64,000 nucleotides of DNA from Glycera tridactyla (lineage: Eukaryota): assembly GCA_965644265.1 (NCBI GenBank), contig OZ286467.1:45012001-45076000 (forward strand). Direction: 5' to 3'. Positions 24,234 to 38,600 of this stretch are shown here, one piece after another. Under the pieces are notes generated by a model that made no database searches, was not told where the DNA came from, and saw nothing but the letters and a program-made list of their open reading frames with translations. The translations under genes were made by a program, and so were the position numbers. The stretch's first letter is position 1. Each line of letters begins with the position of its first letter.

Positions 24234-26234
24234 CATTGGACTAGTAGAATCATCTAGAAAGAAATGGTGTGCCATGGCAAACACTGTGTTATCAGAGAGA
24301 GACTCCGTTTGACTAACACAACAGTTTAGAGAGTCAAACGTCTCGATGAATATGAATGTGCAAATTACTTGAATCCTTCAAGTAATGCTTAGAATAGTAA
24401 TATCAATAGATGCGAATATTTTATATGCCATCATCACATAGGTATAGCCATGCCAAATGTAAGATTCATGTTCGAAAATTCTTGTACCTGGTTACCGTGG
24501 GAGCTGCAGTCATGAACTCAGTGATATATATAAATGTTCATTTCCAAGTGAAATATATTTGGCATCCATCTATCCTACCCCTTTGTGGTGATTCAAGAGG
24601 TTTCATGAATCATCAAGCTTTTCCCCCCGGGTTCAGCAGGCTTTGAAATAATCCAAATTTGCATTTTCCTTGACCTACCACAATGAATACCCAGCTGAAA
24701 ATGATCTTTGTGATTCATCACTCATCAATGATGCCAAAGAAGTTGTAACTTATTGTTTCTGATATTTTGATTTATAACATTGTTTTTATTCGTCAACAAC
24801 AGTTAGATACGAGGTAGTATTCTTCTTCAGATAGATGAAAACTTACTGATGCGCACTTTGTCAAGAACAGAATTCTATCAAGCTCAGTCATTACTCAATA
24901 GTGGTTGCTTTGCCCGAGTGCAAATGAGGATGACTTTGATTTTGAAATTTCATACCACAAATATATGGGTAGATTCAAATGCATAATCGGTGATCGTATG
25001 CCTAGTTGTTTGGATGGATGGTTTATTCGATGAATCAGTAGCTATATCTAGAATTTGGCAAGTGAGGGTGGTATTTTCACGAACCAAGTGCAACACAGCA
25101 TGCTTTACATATGTGTGAATGCGAACATTCATCAAGAGAACAATCAAGTGAAAATATCACATTTCAGAACAAAGTTCAATTTGAAACAACTAATGTAAAT
25201 TCTGGTAAGCATGGAATTTCTCAAGACATAGATGCCTTGGAGATTATTCTCCACATGACCACCTGCAGAAAAAGGTTTGCCTTGGAATAATATGATATAT
25301 GATTTAGAGATGGATCAATCTCATTAGCTCTTTAACTGACAGATCTGAGAAAATGAGTATTAGCTTTTTTTGGCCACTATAACTTCATAGCCAGAAATGC
25401 ATCTAGGTCAGCTGATGTCTTCAAGTGTGGAGATATCAGGTACACCAAATGCACCTGATGGGCTAATAGTTGGCAAATTGATTATGAGCGTGATCCATTC
25501 ATTCCAGATCTGCCATCAACATCCAAAATCATGAGGAAGGTTACAATGAATCATAAAGATCTACTAAGCAATCACTAATGCTGTTCTTACCATCCATCAA
25601 TTTCATTTGAAACCAAGTGGTGGCTGAAACACTCTTTCACAAGGGTCATCTGAAGAAAAATTCCCCAAAACTCATGATATATCACATGACCTTACAATCC
25701 TCTACCAGAATCCAGGATACACCAACATATATATATATTTGGGGGGATTTCAAGAATGGAAGTGAATTCACAAGCTCATTGAGGTTGGGAGGTGGGGGGG
25801 GGGGGCATACGATAGGAAAGGATCCCTATATATTTTGGACATAATACAACAACATTCTTATTTCATGTTGGTACTCAAACCATTGCTTTAGACATCCTCA
25901 TGAATGAGACACATATGTTGATACTGGTACTCTCACATCATAATGGGTCTTACAATGCTGACATATGACAGCTATACTTGGGATCATGGTGGCTATAATA
26001 TATTCTGTAGCCACTGCGGGAGTTTGTCCCTTTGATAAGGAAAATCCCTGAAATGATAATCAATGCTCGGTGCAATCAAAATACTTTCCATATCATAAGA
26101 TTCCTAGGAGAAAAGGTTCCTCTGACAGATACCACAATATCAAACATAAACAGTGGCTCTGGCATTCAAATAGCATCAGTCGCACACAGATGCAATCACA
26201 GACACAGACATATATATCACTCAATGTGTTGACA

Positions 26235-26378
26235 NNNNNNNNNNNNNNNNNNNNNNNNNNNNNNNNNNNNNNNNNNNNNNNNNNNNNNNNNNNNNNNNNN
26301 NNNNNNNNNNNNNNNNNNNNNNNNNNNNNNNNNNNNNNNNNNNNNNNNNNNNNNNNNNNNNNNNNNNNNNNNNNNNNN
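26235..26378. other. Assembly gap (N run)
   Basis: N bases. Confidence 1.
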
Positions 26379-26967
26379 CATGTGATGAACTTGAGGCCCA
26401 AACAAAAGATTTCAAGCAGTCAGAGACCGGATATCATAGGAAATATCTCTTATAATGCTATAGTGCACTATTACTCCACATTGCATGAGAAGTATGAAAA
26501 ATCTTTTCCAACGCATGGAAACTAGTGATTTGATGTAATGTTTTGAACATCCCATAAAATAAAGATGAGAGATCCTTGATGTTCGGTCATTTCTTAGCAC
26601 TATCCCTACTCTATCAGGGATTTTCGAAGAATTGTCTGATATATTCATTCATAAAAAGTGAGAAGCAGAAACCCATCCTGGAAATATTGTTCTCCATCAT
26701 TTCTGTATCTGACAATATGTTATTATTTGCAGTGAACGTTTGTCTCTGTGCATGCAATAACTGGTAATTGATAGGATTCTGCACAGATCTACCATATGAA
26801 ATGGTGAATATCTCCGAAGTCACAATCATAATTACGCCTTTCGCTGCTTCGAACATGAGCCTGAACACCAGGACACTGCAAGGTAATTTCCAAGCAAGAG
26901 TTCCATGAAAGAATTTCTCAAAATTTACGTCGTGTAATGATTTCAAAAATGACCTCCAACGGGAGTA

Positions 26968-27091
26968 ATCTGATCCTTGTGCCTAATATCTAGTTATCTG
27001 AACGGATATTTATACATATACATTAAGATTTATCTGATCCTTGTGCCTTAATTCTAGTTGTCTATACGAATATTCATACATATGCATTAAG
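26968..27091 (+). repeat. 64-bp tandem duplication
   Basis: atctgatccttgtgcct occurs at 26968 and 27032, with similar tails. Confidence 0.85.
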
Positions 27092-27577
27092 AATGGACAT
27101 CGATGGAAGTACCTCGATTAGGCATGAATTAGTTAACCGATTGGATACTCCCTGTAGAAGGAAAAACTGATTCATTTTGATCACAATATGCATGACTGAA
27201 GGTCAATGTGCCAGCCAAAGGTAACGCCTCGATTTATTTCACTAGACAAAATGCTACTGGAAATATTCAGGTTTATTGTTTCTTTGAAAAATCAATGAGA
27301 ATAATCAAGGAATCAGGCTGTTTCCAATAGGGCTGGGACGAAACACTATGGTCACGATACGAAACATTTCTAGAAACACACCTCACGAAATGAATGACGA
27401 AATGAAATGCCATACAACCCTCTTTCAGGAGTCTGGTGTGGTCCTCCTGGTTGCCAATGACATGAGCAAGCCACCCAAATTAGGGTTGGCCTTGAAATAC
27501 TACCAATTACTATCAAATATAAAGACATTTCTAGTTCATCAAATCTCCATCATTCAGGCTCTCCGCAATGTTCTTTT

Positions 27578-27750
27578 TTAACAAGGTGCATTTTCTGTAT
27601 TTATTGGCATATGTGAGTACTCATCAGCCATGTCTCTCTGTATTTCGAAACACTTTGAAACACTCCTCCTAGTTTCGAAACGATTGTTTCTTTTGCAAAC
27701 GATCGATATTATCGAAATTTCGGTGAATCGTCCTACCCCTAGTTTCCAAA
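27578..27750 (+). repeat. Interspersed repeat, copy 1 (copy 2 at about 47774-47898)
   Basis: Shared ttttctgtatttattggcat...ttcgaaacac...ctagttt.gaaac.att...gatattatcgaaatttc.gtgaat.gtcc.acccct. Confidence 0.75.
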
Positions 27751-28182
27751 TAGCAGGAATATCTTGATTCACTCTGAGGTTAGTCGATTGCTGTCAAAAC
27801 AAATATAGAGGTGAAGAACTTGTCACTTCATAGGTTGTTCTGAATTATCGCATACAATTGTGATTTTCCCACTTTCGCACAATGAATATCAAAATCCTAT
27901 CAGTGGGACTTTCTTTTTCACCCATCAAAGAAGGATGAGAACACCTCCATATGTTTTCACGTAAGAATGCGTTATTGATGGATAAATCAATAAGCGTACA
28001 CGGAATGTGATTTTGTATAGATCTGACAGTAAATAAAATTAAAGTGTAAATTCCCTAACATACCACTTTGGGTTCCGTCCACTTAGTCTAACTAGCTTGT
28101 ATGATTGAGGCATTGTATGAAAAGTGAATTTGATTCTGTTTGCATAAGCAAAACTATACGACCTCCAGAGTTTCTTGTTCGA

Positions 28183-28318
28183 NNNNNNNNNNNNNNNNNN
28201 NNNNNNNNNNNNNNNNNNNNNNNNNNNNNNNNNNNNNNNNNNNNNNNNNNNNNNNNNNNNNNNNNNNNNNNNNNNNNNNNNNNNNNNNNNNNNNNNNNNN
28301 NNNNNNNNNNNNNNNNNN
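28183..28318. other. Assembly gap (N run)
   Basis: N bases. Confidence 1.
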
Positions 28319-28703
28319 AATAACTTATCCAGCAAGCTACTCATGATCTTCTGACAGACCATTATTGGCATACCATATGCCTTTCATTACACATGACTGG
28401 TAGCGAAGCTAATACTCATTTTGCCAATGGAAGTGATGATTGCCCTCTATAGGAAGGTAGTCATGATCATGACAAAGAATGGGAATGATGGGTCTGTGTG
28501 TGTGTGTGATGATATGTGGTTTGACTTGGCAGTATTTGATGAACCTGCATAGATGTGGAGGGATTACAGCAGTAGTAGTAGCATTAGCAGTAGTAGCGAC
28601 AATGACAGTGCCAGTGACTGTCTTTTTTGTGTTTCTTTTGTTTGAGGCTTAACGGCATGTATCAACCAACAGGATTATGTATGCCGTGTGTTCCTGGTTA
28701 ATG

Positions 28704-28812
28704 AAAGCTAGATGGTCTCTCCCCTGCAGACATCACTCTCACAAACCTTGAACACAAAGATGATGGGGAACTCCCTGAAAGGTTGTCAAGTGGAAGTAGC
28801 TGATGGTGAATT
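28704..28812 (+). repeat. Interspersed repeat shared with about 59425-59515
   Basis: Both read gtctctcccctgcag.catcact.tca..aac...aacacaa.gatga...tcaagtggaag. Confidence 0.65.
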
Positions 28813-28815
28813 GAG

Positions 28816-29060
28816 NNNNNNNNNNNNNNNNNNNNNNNNNNNNNNNNNNNNNNNNNNNNNNNNNNNNNNNNNNNNNNNNNNNNNNNNNNNNNNNNNNNNN
28901 NNNNNNNNNNNNNNNNNNNNNNNNNNNNNNNNNNNNNNNNNNNNNNNNNNNNNNNNNNNNNNNNNNNNNNNNNNNNNNNNNNNNNNNNNNNNNNNNNNNN
29001 NNNNNNNNNNNNNNNNNNNNNNNNNNNNNNNNNNNNNNNNNNNNNNNNNNNNNNNNNNNA
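28816..29060. other. Assembly gap (N run)
   Basis: N bases. Confidence 1.
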
Positions 29061-29067
29061 CAGGTGA

Positions 29068-29210
29068 GTGACCGAGCAGCCGATACAATTGTATGCAGAT
29101 GATCGCTCATTGACTCAGTAATAAAGCTTGACCAAGACTAAAGAAGGCGGATCATCCGAACGTGCAATGGATAAGATTGTGGCTGAAGAGAGAACCATCA
29201 AGGCTTCTTC
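29068..29210 (+). mobile_element. Possible decayed RT fragment (IQLYADD)
   Basis: A YADD catalytic-like motif at 29092-29103 is followed by stops. It abuts an N gap. Confidence 0.2.
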
Positions 29211-32200
29211 GTCATTTTTTCCTGCATCAATACTTTTCTAGCAATGCATGTTGAACATTCTCAATACTAAGAATGATGCATCGTTTTCTCAGAACATAAG
29301 GAGCAACAACATAAAGAAAAATATCATTAGAAAACATGCATGAAAAGTGTAAAAGTCCAATACAAAACACAGATGTGAGAATATATAATGTGAAAGTAGA
29401 GCAAACATTAACACCAAGATGTAAACTCACTGAGAAAAGGGTGAAAAATTGTAGTTGAGAAATACAACTAGCCTACATGCAGAATGTAAGATTTCGAGAA
29501 GATACTGAAAAGATGAAATGGCTATATGATCTAAACACCAACAGAACACTATCTGTCTTGACATTTGAGTGGATATTATGAACTTATGTTTGAACGGCGA
29601 AATTCTCAGATATGATTTCACGCCGATTTCCAGGGGACAAGCTTTCTGAATGACTTGCACTGATACATTGATTTTACACACATGGTCTTAGATAATGATT
29701 TATGATGTAATAATAATCTTGGATGTCCACTGATCCACTGAGGGATGGAGGTGCTAGTCAATTCAATAATTGAATGAGTTATATGGTCATAATCACCTCA
29801 GTCACCATAATGCTCATAATCACCTGCATGTAACTTTTGCTCTGATTTTAAACATACTTATTCACAATTCCTCAGACTTTTCCCTCTCTTTGTACAATAT
29901 CTGCTTGCTGAATTCAGAAAATGCTGATGATCACAAAAATGTACCAATTTGGCTGAACACGATAACCAAGTACTTCCAGATGCCTGTAATGGAGAATTGT
30001 CCCATCTAGCAGGTGATCATCCTCGCATATGTTCCTCCCCCCCCCCCCCCAAAAAAAAAAAAATTAAAATTATCGGAAACATTTCCATTCTGCCGCGAAA
30101 CCTATGCGCTCTACCAGCCACAAGGCAATGGTCATTCCACAGAATTCATAGAACTGATGAGCTAATCCAATCCAAATGACTGGATCCCGTGAGAGTTTCC
30201 TATGACAGCCTCACTGAATCATAACTAGGGTGCATTTTAGGATACAATACTGTTTTGCCATGTGAACCTCTCATCAGTAAACTTCAGCAGACTCTCTCCT
30301 GCTGGACATGTTGGTCCATACATTATCGGTAAGGCCTGCATCTTCTGATGCATTAGATGTACTCATAAATGTCATATTCTAACTGCTTTTTCTTTGCACC
30401 ACATTCGTAGTTTCATTGTATGAACTCTTCAACCTTCATCACCTTGTTTTTCATCGTTATGGTGATGCTGATAATTGAAATATCAGTAGCATAAATTCAT
30501 GCCTATCCAGGTGGTCGCTCTTGTTGAGTGAGGGGGGCCGTCTGGTACTTTTTCTATCCGGGTCACGTCTAACAGAATTCACAGCTGGTCAGACACCATT
30601 AGACTAGGTAAAGATAGGTCATGTGACACATCCTAAGGTGACAGTAGGCTATAGATCAGTGATTTCTCTCACATATTAAAGTCCATATTGCAGCTTCGTC
30701 ACAAAATAAGTCAGACCAGAATGATGGGAATTGATCAAAACTTCAGTTCACACAAAAATTGGAGGATAGGTTCGCAGTTTTGATAATGTAATTAAATGCC
30801 GCCATCATGGATTTTCTCACATGACAGTACCCGATTCATGACTCCATAAGTCAATCTTCCTGGATCTTATCACTGAGCTGCCTTATTTTCAAATTAAGTG
30901 CATATAGTAGACATTTTTCTCTGGGTTGAGCGAAGTTGAAGTTTGTGCGGGCCCTGGAAAGGCACATGAAAACAGCAGTCTCATTCAACATTTTTCATTT
31001 GGCTGGTTGGTTCCTTTTGAATACATTTCGGGGGTCTGCACAGGTGGGAGTGGTTTAAATTTACTCAATGCAGACCAACCATAAGAAAAAGCCTGATTTA
31101 CAGCTTCAGACACATGGTGATGTTCAGTCACATAGAGAGAAAAGATTTGGGTAATAGTTGCTATGGAAGAGCCTAAATATCAGTCTTGTGAATTAGATGA
31201 TGAAAACGAATTAGGCTGGGAGATTTTACACTGTGACTGTATGGTGGCACAACTGATACATCTGTTACAGTCTTGAAACACACATACACACACACATACA
31301 CACACATGTATGTGATCTGTGACTGTGTTTGGTGTATCATTTGAATTACCCTTGCCCTTTTACTCCCCTTTCCCTTGTAGTAAATTCCTTGCTTATACTA
31401 TAATTGCCATCCTGACCTAATCACCTCGCCAAAGGCTTGATCACCTTCGAAAGGTATATCGACTGAAGCATGAATTTCCACGTGCAATCACCTTGCTCCA
31501 CAGTTGGAAGCTCTTTATGGGTCTGCAAATACACTTTCACCAATGGTATGATACCTCTGGCTTACTATTATATTTTGAGAATAGTAAGTATTGTCTCTCC
31601 TCATCCAATTCTGTCACTCGGCTCAAGATGATATATGGGAGTCTGGCTTATGGATTGATGACCACCCTCCAGCTCTTTCAATACATGAGTGTCACCAACC
31701 ATGCAATACTATCTTCCATACTTCATGCAGAACCTGATACGACAGAAACATTCAACCTTTGGCTTCAACACTTCACAAATCAAATAATTTGAAATTCTCC
31801 ATTAAATGTTTGTTGACTGGTGAGTCGCTTCACATTTTAACAGGCAAGCCTCTCACTAACAACAATCCCTGAGACACACCAGATGGCAGTTGCAGATTCC
31901 AGTAGTGTTGCTGATGTTATTCTTTGAATAAGATTGGTGCCATAGGAAATCCTGTCATATGATGACTAACAAAGACTTAATTCAGCCAGAGAGTGGTTGG
32001 TCCCTTAGCAATATTCATCTTCCCATGTGTCCCAGATGTGTGAGAACTGGATGCAGACTCTCGTCAAGCATCACGGTCATGAACACAAGATCATGAAGGG
32101 TCGCCAGAAAGGATGCCATCAGGAATCAGCTTATAACTCAGGAACACCTCTTTCAAAATTTGGTCAAACTAATGAGCAAACATTTGGTATACATCTGACT

Positions 32201-33982
32201 GTAACTGGCCACACTGTGATTCTGAGCCTGAAGAAATGCCCAATGTGTAGTGGCCTTTGACTGAGAAACACCTCTGAGGATAATGGGTGAACACTGCCAC
32301 TGTGCAGCTCTCGTCCAAGCAGCAATAATGAATTATCCACAATGCTCCCATGCATATGCCCCTCTTCAGTGAAACTACCTAGCCCCACAACTACTTGAAC
32401 CATCAGTTAATCGCTCACAGCAGCTTTCATATGTATGAGCATGTTGTTCCATTTGCTACCTGATATATCCAATGTACAATTAACTCATGCGCGGATGTGT
32501 CAGGAAAGTAAATTTTCCGAATGCGCCTTAGTAAATTTGTATATGAAACATCACCATCATGCAGAATTATTCATCATCAGCTTCTTGTGCTTGCTCCGGA
32601 CTTACCATGATGTAACTGCAGGAAATGTCACTCAAGTAAAACCAAATTATTTTTGAATGTGTGTGTGTGTATGTGTTTTGAAACATTTTATAACGAAAAA
32701 GAGGATACTGGCAGGAAATACAATTAACTGTCAGTATATTTCATTTTTTGTTCTGCTAGTGGCTCGCCTTGCTTATTGCACTGTGCGACTGCTCAAAATG
32801 AAGTGAATGTATAATAATGAGTGTGATACATGATTCCTCCATTTGTTTTGTTAGGTTAGTCAGGTGCACAAGTCTATGTGGCTACATTTAAGTGGTTAAA
32901 TCCATGATATCAAATATCCTGAAACCAGCAGCCAAAATAATTTACATGCAAGCAACATAAAATAGCTTTGACTTCATCGCAGAGGAGTGCACCGCACTTT
33001 GTAACATAGACAGAGATACCAGAATGGATGCCTTGCACAGAAGTGTGTTTGCTAATACTACACACAACCATCCCTATCTTCCCAATAGTAAGGAAAATCA
33101 TATCTGAACAACAACTGGATTGGCTCAAGGTCCAAACTCCACAATGCTTGTTCCTTCGAATAAATGATCATCAATATTGTTAGGGTCAGTGAACCCAATC
33201 CCATATCAATATGAAATCAAGAGATTGCACCATATGTGGAATGTGATGCATGTAGGTGTATGCTTATTGAAAGGATTGAAATCCCTCATCATCGTACCAA
33301 CGCAGAAAGGCCGAACTCTCACTGCATGAAGAATAGATAATGTACAGCAGTGCCATGTACCTGTATTCAGCACAAAGATGGTGGAATTCACTGACTCATA
33401 TCATTGTCGGTGTTGAACTGTACTGCGAAAATGAGTGCAAGTTATTCAAGTGCACAAAGCGAGATTCACAATTTCGGTTAGATATCAACTACACCTAGAG
33501 CAGGAATGGATTAGTGATAGTGCGGCCACAATAAGCGATGTTGGAAGGATACTTACAATCTGCAAGAAATGGATGACCAATGAGGAGAGCAACAATAAAA
33601 TTCTGTCAAAATATGGAGAATATGACTCTTGTTCATGGGAAGACTCACAGTCAATTTGGATGAACTCAGGTAGAAAAGGTAGAGAAAAGCTTTTGCTATT
33701 GAACTACCTGAGAGCAGACGTTCATTTTGAAGGTCAGAAAGATCCAAATTGGGGATGCAAAAAATGCAATTTCATACAAATTTCCTCCGAATGTCAACCA
33801 GGGTGTGGGATAAGAAACTGACTCAAGTGGAGCTCTCAACACATTATCTCTGCCTTCCCCCCGAACTAGAACTGGAATGTGACACTACTTAGTATACTGC
33901 CGAATGCATGCCTCAGCTCTCCACTCTTGAGTTCTGTAATTTTGGCTAATGTATACTCAAGCTCTTCAGTAACTACTCATTA

Positions 33983-34170
33983 TTCTGTGATGCATTTCAT
34001 CAAGTGACCAACGTATCCCTCAGCTCCCCAATCACCAATCTCAATCCAGTAATTGATTTCATCATGTGACCACTGTACATCCCAGCCCCCGACTACCACT
34101 CTCAATTCAGTAATGCACTTCATCAAGTGCCAAATGTACACATTAGCTCCCGAATTACCACTATGATTTC
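33983..34170 (+). repeat. Diverged tandem repeat of about 60 bp, about 3 copies
   Basis: Recurring ttcatca(a/t)gtg...cagc(t/c)cc...cactctcaattcagtaat. Confidence 0.7.
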
Positions 34171-34984
34171 TGGAGTGCATGCCATCAAGTGGCTGATCTA
34201 AGGGCAATCCTGATTCCGTGAATCTTTTCCACTATAAATTGTCATAAAGTGCTGGTAATCCATGAATCAGCCAGAGAAGGCCCGACCTTGGTGATCTTCA
34301 TCTTATAGCAGTATGTCAGCAGTTATGTGATTACCACCTTCACTGTACAGTACTGCACAGTGGTAATGTCACACACTCCATGACATAACCAGCTGCAAAC
34401 CACCTTCAAACCAAGACTCCCCAAAATAGTCCTAGAATAGGAGTCACTCCACAGGAGAGTCACAGACATAGGAAAATTTATCAGAATATGCACAACTTAC
34501 ATTACTGCAGTGAATATCAACAATGTCAATACATTACTACTATACTATCACTCAATTAATCCACTGTATTGAGGAAGCAGCATGACTGGTTCTTGCAATC
34601 TCAACTTCAATGGCTCAATTTCCCACAACAATGAAGTTGGAATGGCCATGTCCAGTTATTATGATGTGCTTCACAGAATATAATGCTGATGTGGGAAGAA
34701 AATGAGAATGTCATTGATGATGGTCGAGTGAATATCTTTCTGAGAAGACTATTAATCAATCATTGAATGTAGACTGGTCCAATGCAGTGTGTGACATCCT
34801 TATCTACTACCACACTGCTTACTACACGCATAAAAATCCTCATCCACGAGTTCAAGTAATCAGATGATTTATAATAAATAAAAATCCAACAAGTGGAGTA
34901 ATACTCTTCATCTCATTGGTTATCCTACAGTATATGATCATACCAGCCTTATAATCTATTCATGCCCATACAACTGGTGATAAT

Positions 34985-35005
34985 ATGATGGTGATGATGA
35001 TGATA

Positions 35006-35036
<31 letters not shown>

Positions 35037-35051
35037 CGATGATGATGATGA
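34985..35051. repeat. (ATG)n microsatellite
   Basis: Seen directly. It explains the poly-M and poly-S ORFs. Confidence 0.97.
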
Positions 35052-35983
35052 AGTTTCATCTGGGTCTTGTGAATGCATATCATACAAGTCGTATATCCAC
35101 CAAGGAAGAGAGTGACACACCTGCCTATTACCTGAGTGTCTTACTACCTCGCTGGAAGCGAACAGTAGCATAGTTGAAAGATTGCTTGTGCAGGATAAGG
35201 GTGATGTGCAATACGAATGAACGAACAGAGAGGAATGAATGACCCAATCAATTAATTTTGAGAGAGTTCCGATGATGGACATCGAGCACAAAAAAAATTG
35301 TTAATTGATCCGTTATCTCCAACATGAACTTTATGACATGAAAGGAATTCAACTCGCAATTCGGATCTGATTAACTGATAATGACACAGGAATGTATGAA
35401 TATAAGGGAATCTCATGAATATAATTTGGAGTCGGCATGCTGTGCAACTCTCAATCTGGATATTTGATCAATGGACCTCAAATTACTGTTACAAATGCTC
35501 CCAGTCATGGGTAGATCTTCCCACAAGCACAGCAGAAATTTGATAACAAGCGTGAAGAAATAATCAGAAGTATCGATACTTGTGAAAGCTTCTCTTTGCA
35601 CGGTTTGATGCACGTCCTTCACATATTGTAGTACACTGGCAATCATAATCTCACACATATACCTCAAATCAGAGATGATCTACAAGTGAGTAGGGACTAC
35701 CTCAGGATCAAGGCAAAATGTCATGTTATTATGATCACTATGAATCTCAGTTTTCCAGTGAACAAATTGCTAGTATTCGGTTCATCATGTATGCGACCCA
35801 AGAAGTCATGAAAATGTTCAATCTCTCGTTATCTTCAGCACAAGTATACGCACAGATATACATGAACTTTATACATAGTAATTTTTGCCTACACATTCAC
35901 TTAGACAACACATGCATATGCATTGGTATGCAAATGTGTATGTCTACACAATTACACACAAATGCATCCCACATTTGTGCATG

Positions 35984-35985
<2 letters not shown>

Positions 35986-36034
<49 letters not shown>
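35986..36034. repeat. (CA)n microsatellite
   Basis: Seen directly. Confidence 0.98.
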
Positions 36035-36037
<3 letters not shown>

Positions 36038-38218
36038 TATACACATACACACGCAATTTTCCTCGAATGTCAGGTTTAAAGAAGACCTCTACTAAGACTA
36101 GTATTATAAAGGACCATAAGAAGATACAAACAAAATCATCACCAAGAAATCCACACATGGTCATACCCAGGATGGTGAGAACCAACACCGAATACAGTGA
36201 TTTAAGAGAGGTGTGGTATGATAAAATGTGCAAATAGAGATGAGTTGTAAGAAACGCTGACCCTCAAAATGGGAAGAAGTCAAACTGGAAAACAGGATGT
36301 TTAACCACACCAAAAAACAATAATTTGTACCTCTCTCATTTTCTTTTTCTTTCTCTTTTTCAGTATTCTCGATATACTGACCATGCTCGTCCTGCATCCC
36401 TGAAATATTTGAGATGTGAAATGGATGAGTCTGTATTTAGATCCCTCTCATTGTTCACTCTCCTATTTTGCAGGTTTCATATTTATCTATAGCGAACTAT
36501 TTCCTGCGAAATGTGTCTTGTACATTTTGATTGGAAGTAAAATAATCAAACATTTAATATCACAATAACTGAAGGATTACAGATTGTAAATATACCAACA
36601 TGCAACTGTCAAAATGCAAGTGTGTGTTCATATATATCATGTAGAAACACCAAGGCAACCAGAAAGAAAATGTGTGCCACCATTTTGGAATGCCCTACTG
36701 CTTATTACTGACTCTATGACTACCAATATCACTAGAATACAAGCTATCAGTGCTGTACACAGATGTTTTTCTTTCAAGTTACTATACTGAATACAAGAAA
36801 TAAACATAGATAAATTCCACTCCTGACCAACAGAGGCACCTACTCATGTGTATAACATGTGTGCATGCATGTCTGTATTTGTGTGTATGCACATGATTTC
36901 TGGCGAGGCAAGAGAGGGCTATTTGCCATGGATATGTGTTTGTGTGAATGAATTGCATATTTTGGTCAACTCTTGATTCCTTGATGAACTGAATGAATGG
37001 TCATATGGTTCAAGACAATTCCTGAAATATGCAATAGACAGTATACTCCAGTTTGCATATGAGGAATTGATCACTGGACACTTGAATATGCTTCATTTGT
37101 TCATTCTCAGGGATGTGAGACCACAGTATCAGTGGATGGTTGGATATGTAAACTTATACTTTTTCGGAATTGATTGATAAAGACGTATTCCAATTCATTA
37201 ATCGATTGTAATCGATTTTCTGTCATAACTTGAAAGGATGTGGAATGGCATGAATCTATCAGTGAAGAGTGTCACAAAATGATGGAGAGAGAAGGACATT
37301 CACCTATGGTTTGTTTCATGTTAAAAATGGAAAGCAAAGTAATATTGATCAGTAGAACCAGAACCCAATTTGATTGATGAATTGGGTGTATGAGCAAATC
37401 TTCATCACTATTCTCCTCTATGATATCCCTGACTCAATGGACAGAGATTGACACTAGTTGGATATACACCCTCCCCAAATCCTCCCAAAACATGAGGGCA
37501 AGGAATTAGTAACCTTAGTGGATATGAAATACCATGTATTCTTGTGAAGGTATCGTCATTTTCATATGAATCAAACTAAAGGATTCCCAAATTTGTTTGC
37601 TCAGTGGTAGAACTAATAATAGAACAACAAAAATAGATTCTCACGTATTCGATAGATTCTACTTCAATAACAATCACATATACATAAAATCATAAGGCAC
37701 TTCTAAAGCCCACTCTGCTCCAACTTTATATATTCTTCCAATGAGATAAATTATCCTAACGAATTACCATAGACTTGAAATGTGACCAGATGTTTCATAA
37801 TAATAACCCATCTATGAAATTGCAATATGACTGTATTACATGGACCGACATCAGCAGAGATGCTTCAAGGATTTTTTCCTGGAGGGGGAATTTCCTCCCA
37901 GACTTCTGAGATGAGGGGGATCTGACTTATGAAGGGGGGGATCCTCATTTCCAATTTTCAGGAACCTTCTTCAATATCTAGAAGTGGTATTATGACATTA
38001 AATTGTACAACACTATAGCCAATTCAAATAGAAATCAAATAAATTTGATTAAAAAAATATGTTGAATGATTGGGTAAAAAAGTGGTTTTAGTAGGAAAGT
38101 TGCCTTTTAGGGAAGGTGGTTTGAGCAGGTTTGCCTATTATTGGAATAACCCCACTCACTGACTGGGTACTTAGTCAATCTGACACGTTCACCACACTAG
38201 CATTCAAATTTTCACGCC

Positions 38219-38600
38219 AAAACGAAGCTGCCAATGGTTCCCATTGATCCCGCTACGTGCCGAGTGGCGCTGCGATGGGCTGCGAGCAGCGCCACATCAC
38301 AGAATTATTGGGAACTAACGCGAAAACAACATGCGCAGAAGACGTATTTACAAGTCACCCAGCAAAAGCTGCGCATCTCAATCAAGATGGCCGAATATAC
38401 ATCGAATTTGACGAATCGACTAGACGTTTTCCGCATATTTCTCGATTTTTGTTCGCGCACTTGCTGAATCTGATCGCGGGATTGAGCGTTTTCGTTCACA
38501 CAGTGATACTAATGGAGTGCGGGTGATGATGGAGGAATCGCGAGCATCCCGCGATCGCGCGGCCTGGCGGCATCTCTGCATCAGCTGATTATAGTGCAGT
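38219..38600. promoter_or_regulatory. CpG-rich promoter-like island
   Basis: Many CG dinucleotides in an otherwise CpG-poor window. YY1-like CAAGATGGCCG at 38383-38393. NRF1-like TGCGCA half-sites near 38333 and 38370. Outward-facing donors at about 38160 (minus, GTGAGT) and about 38599 (plus, GTAAGT). Confidence 0.65.

Noticed and set aside
26070-29110. ORFs spanning N runs, and microsatellite-derived ORFs elsewhere
   Set aside because: Artefacts of gaps (X residues) or of dinucleotide and trinucleotide repeats.
34500-34515. 4-nt segment TAAT between cag and gtaagt
   Set aside because: Weak polypyrimidine tract and not frame-preserving.
36330-36490. Strong plus-strand acceptor-like pyrimidine tract at about 36363
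   Set aside because: It looks like a simple (TTTC)n-type tract; I found no good donor or partner exons.
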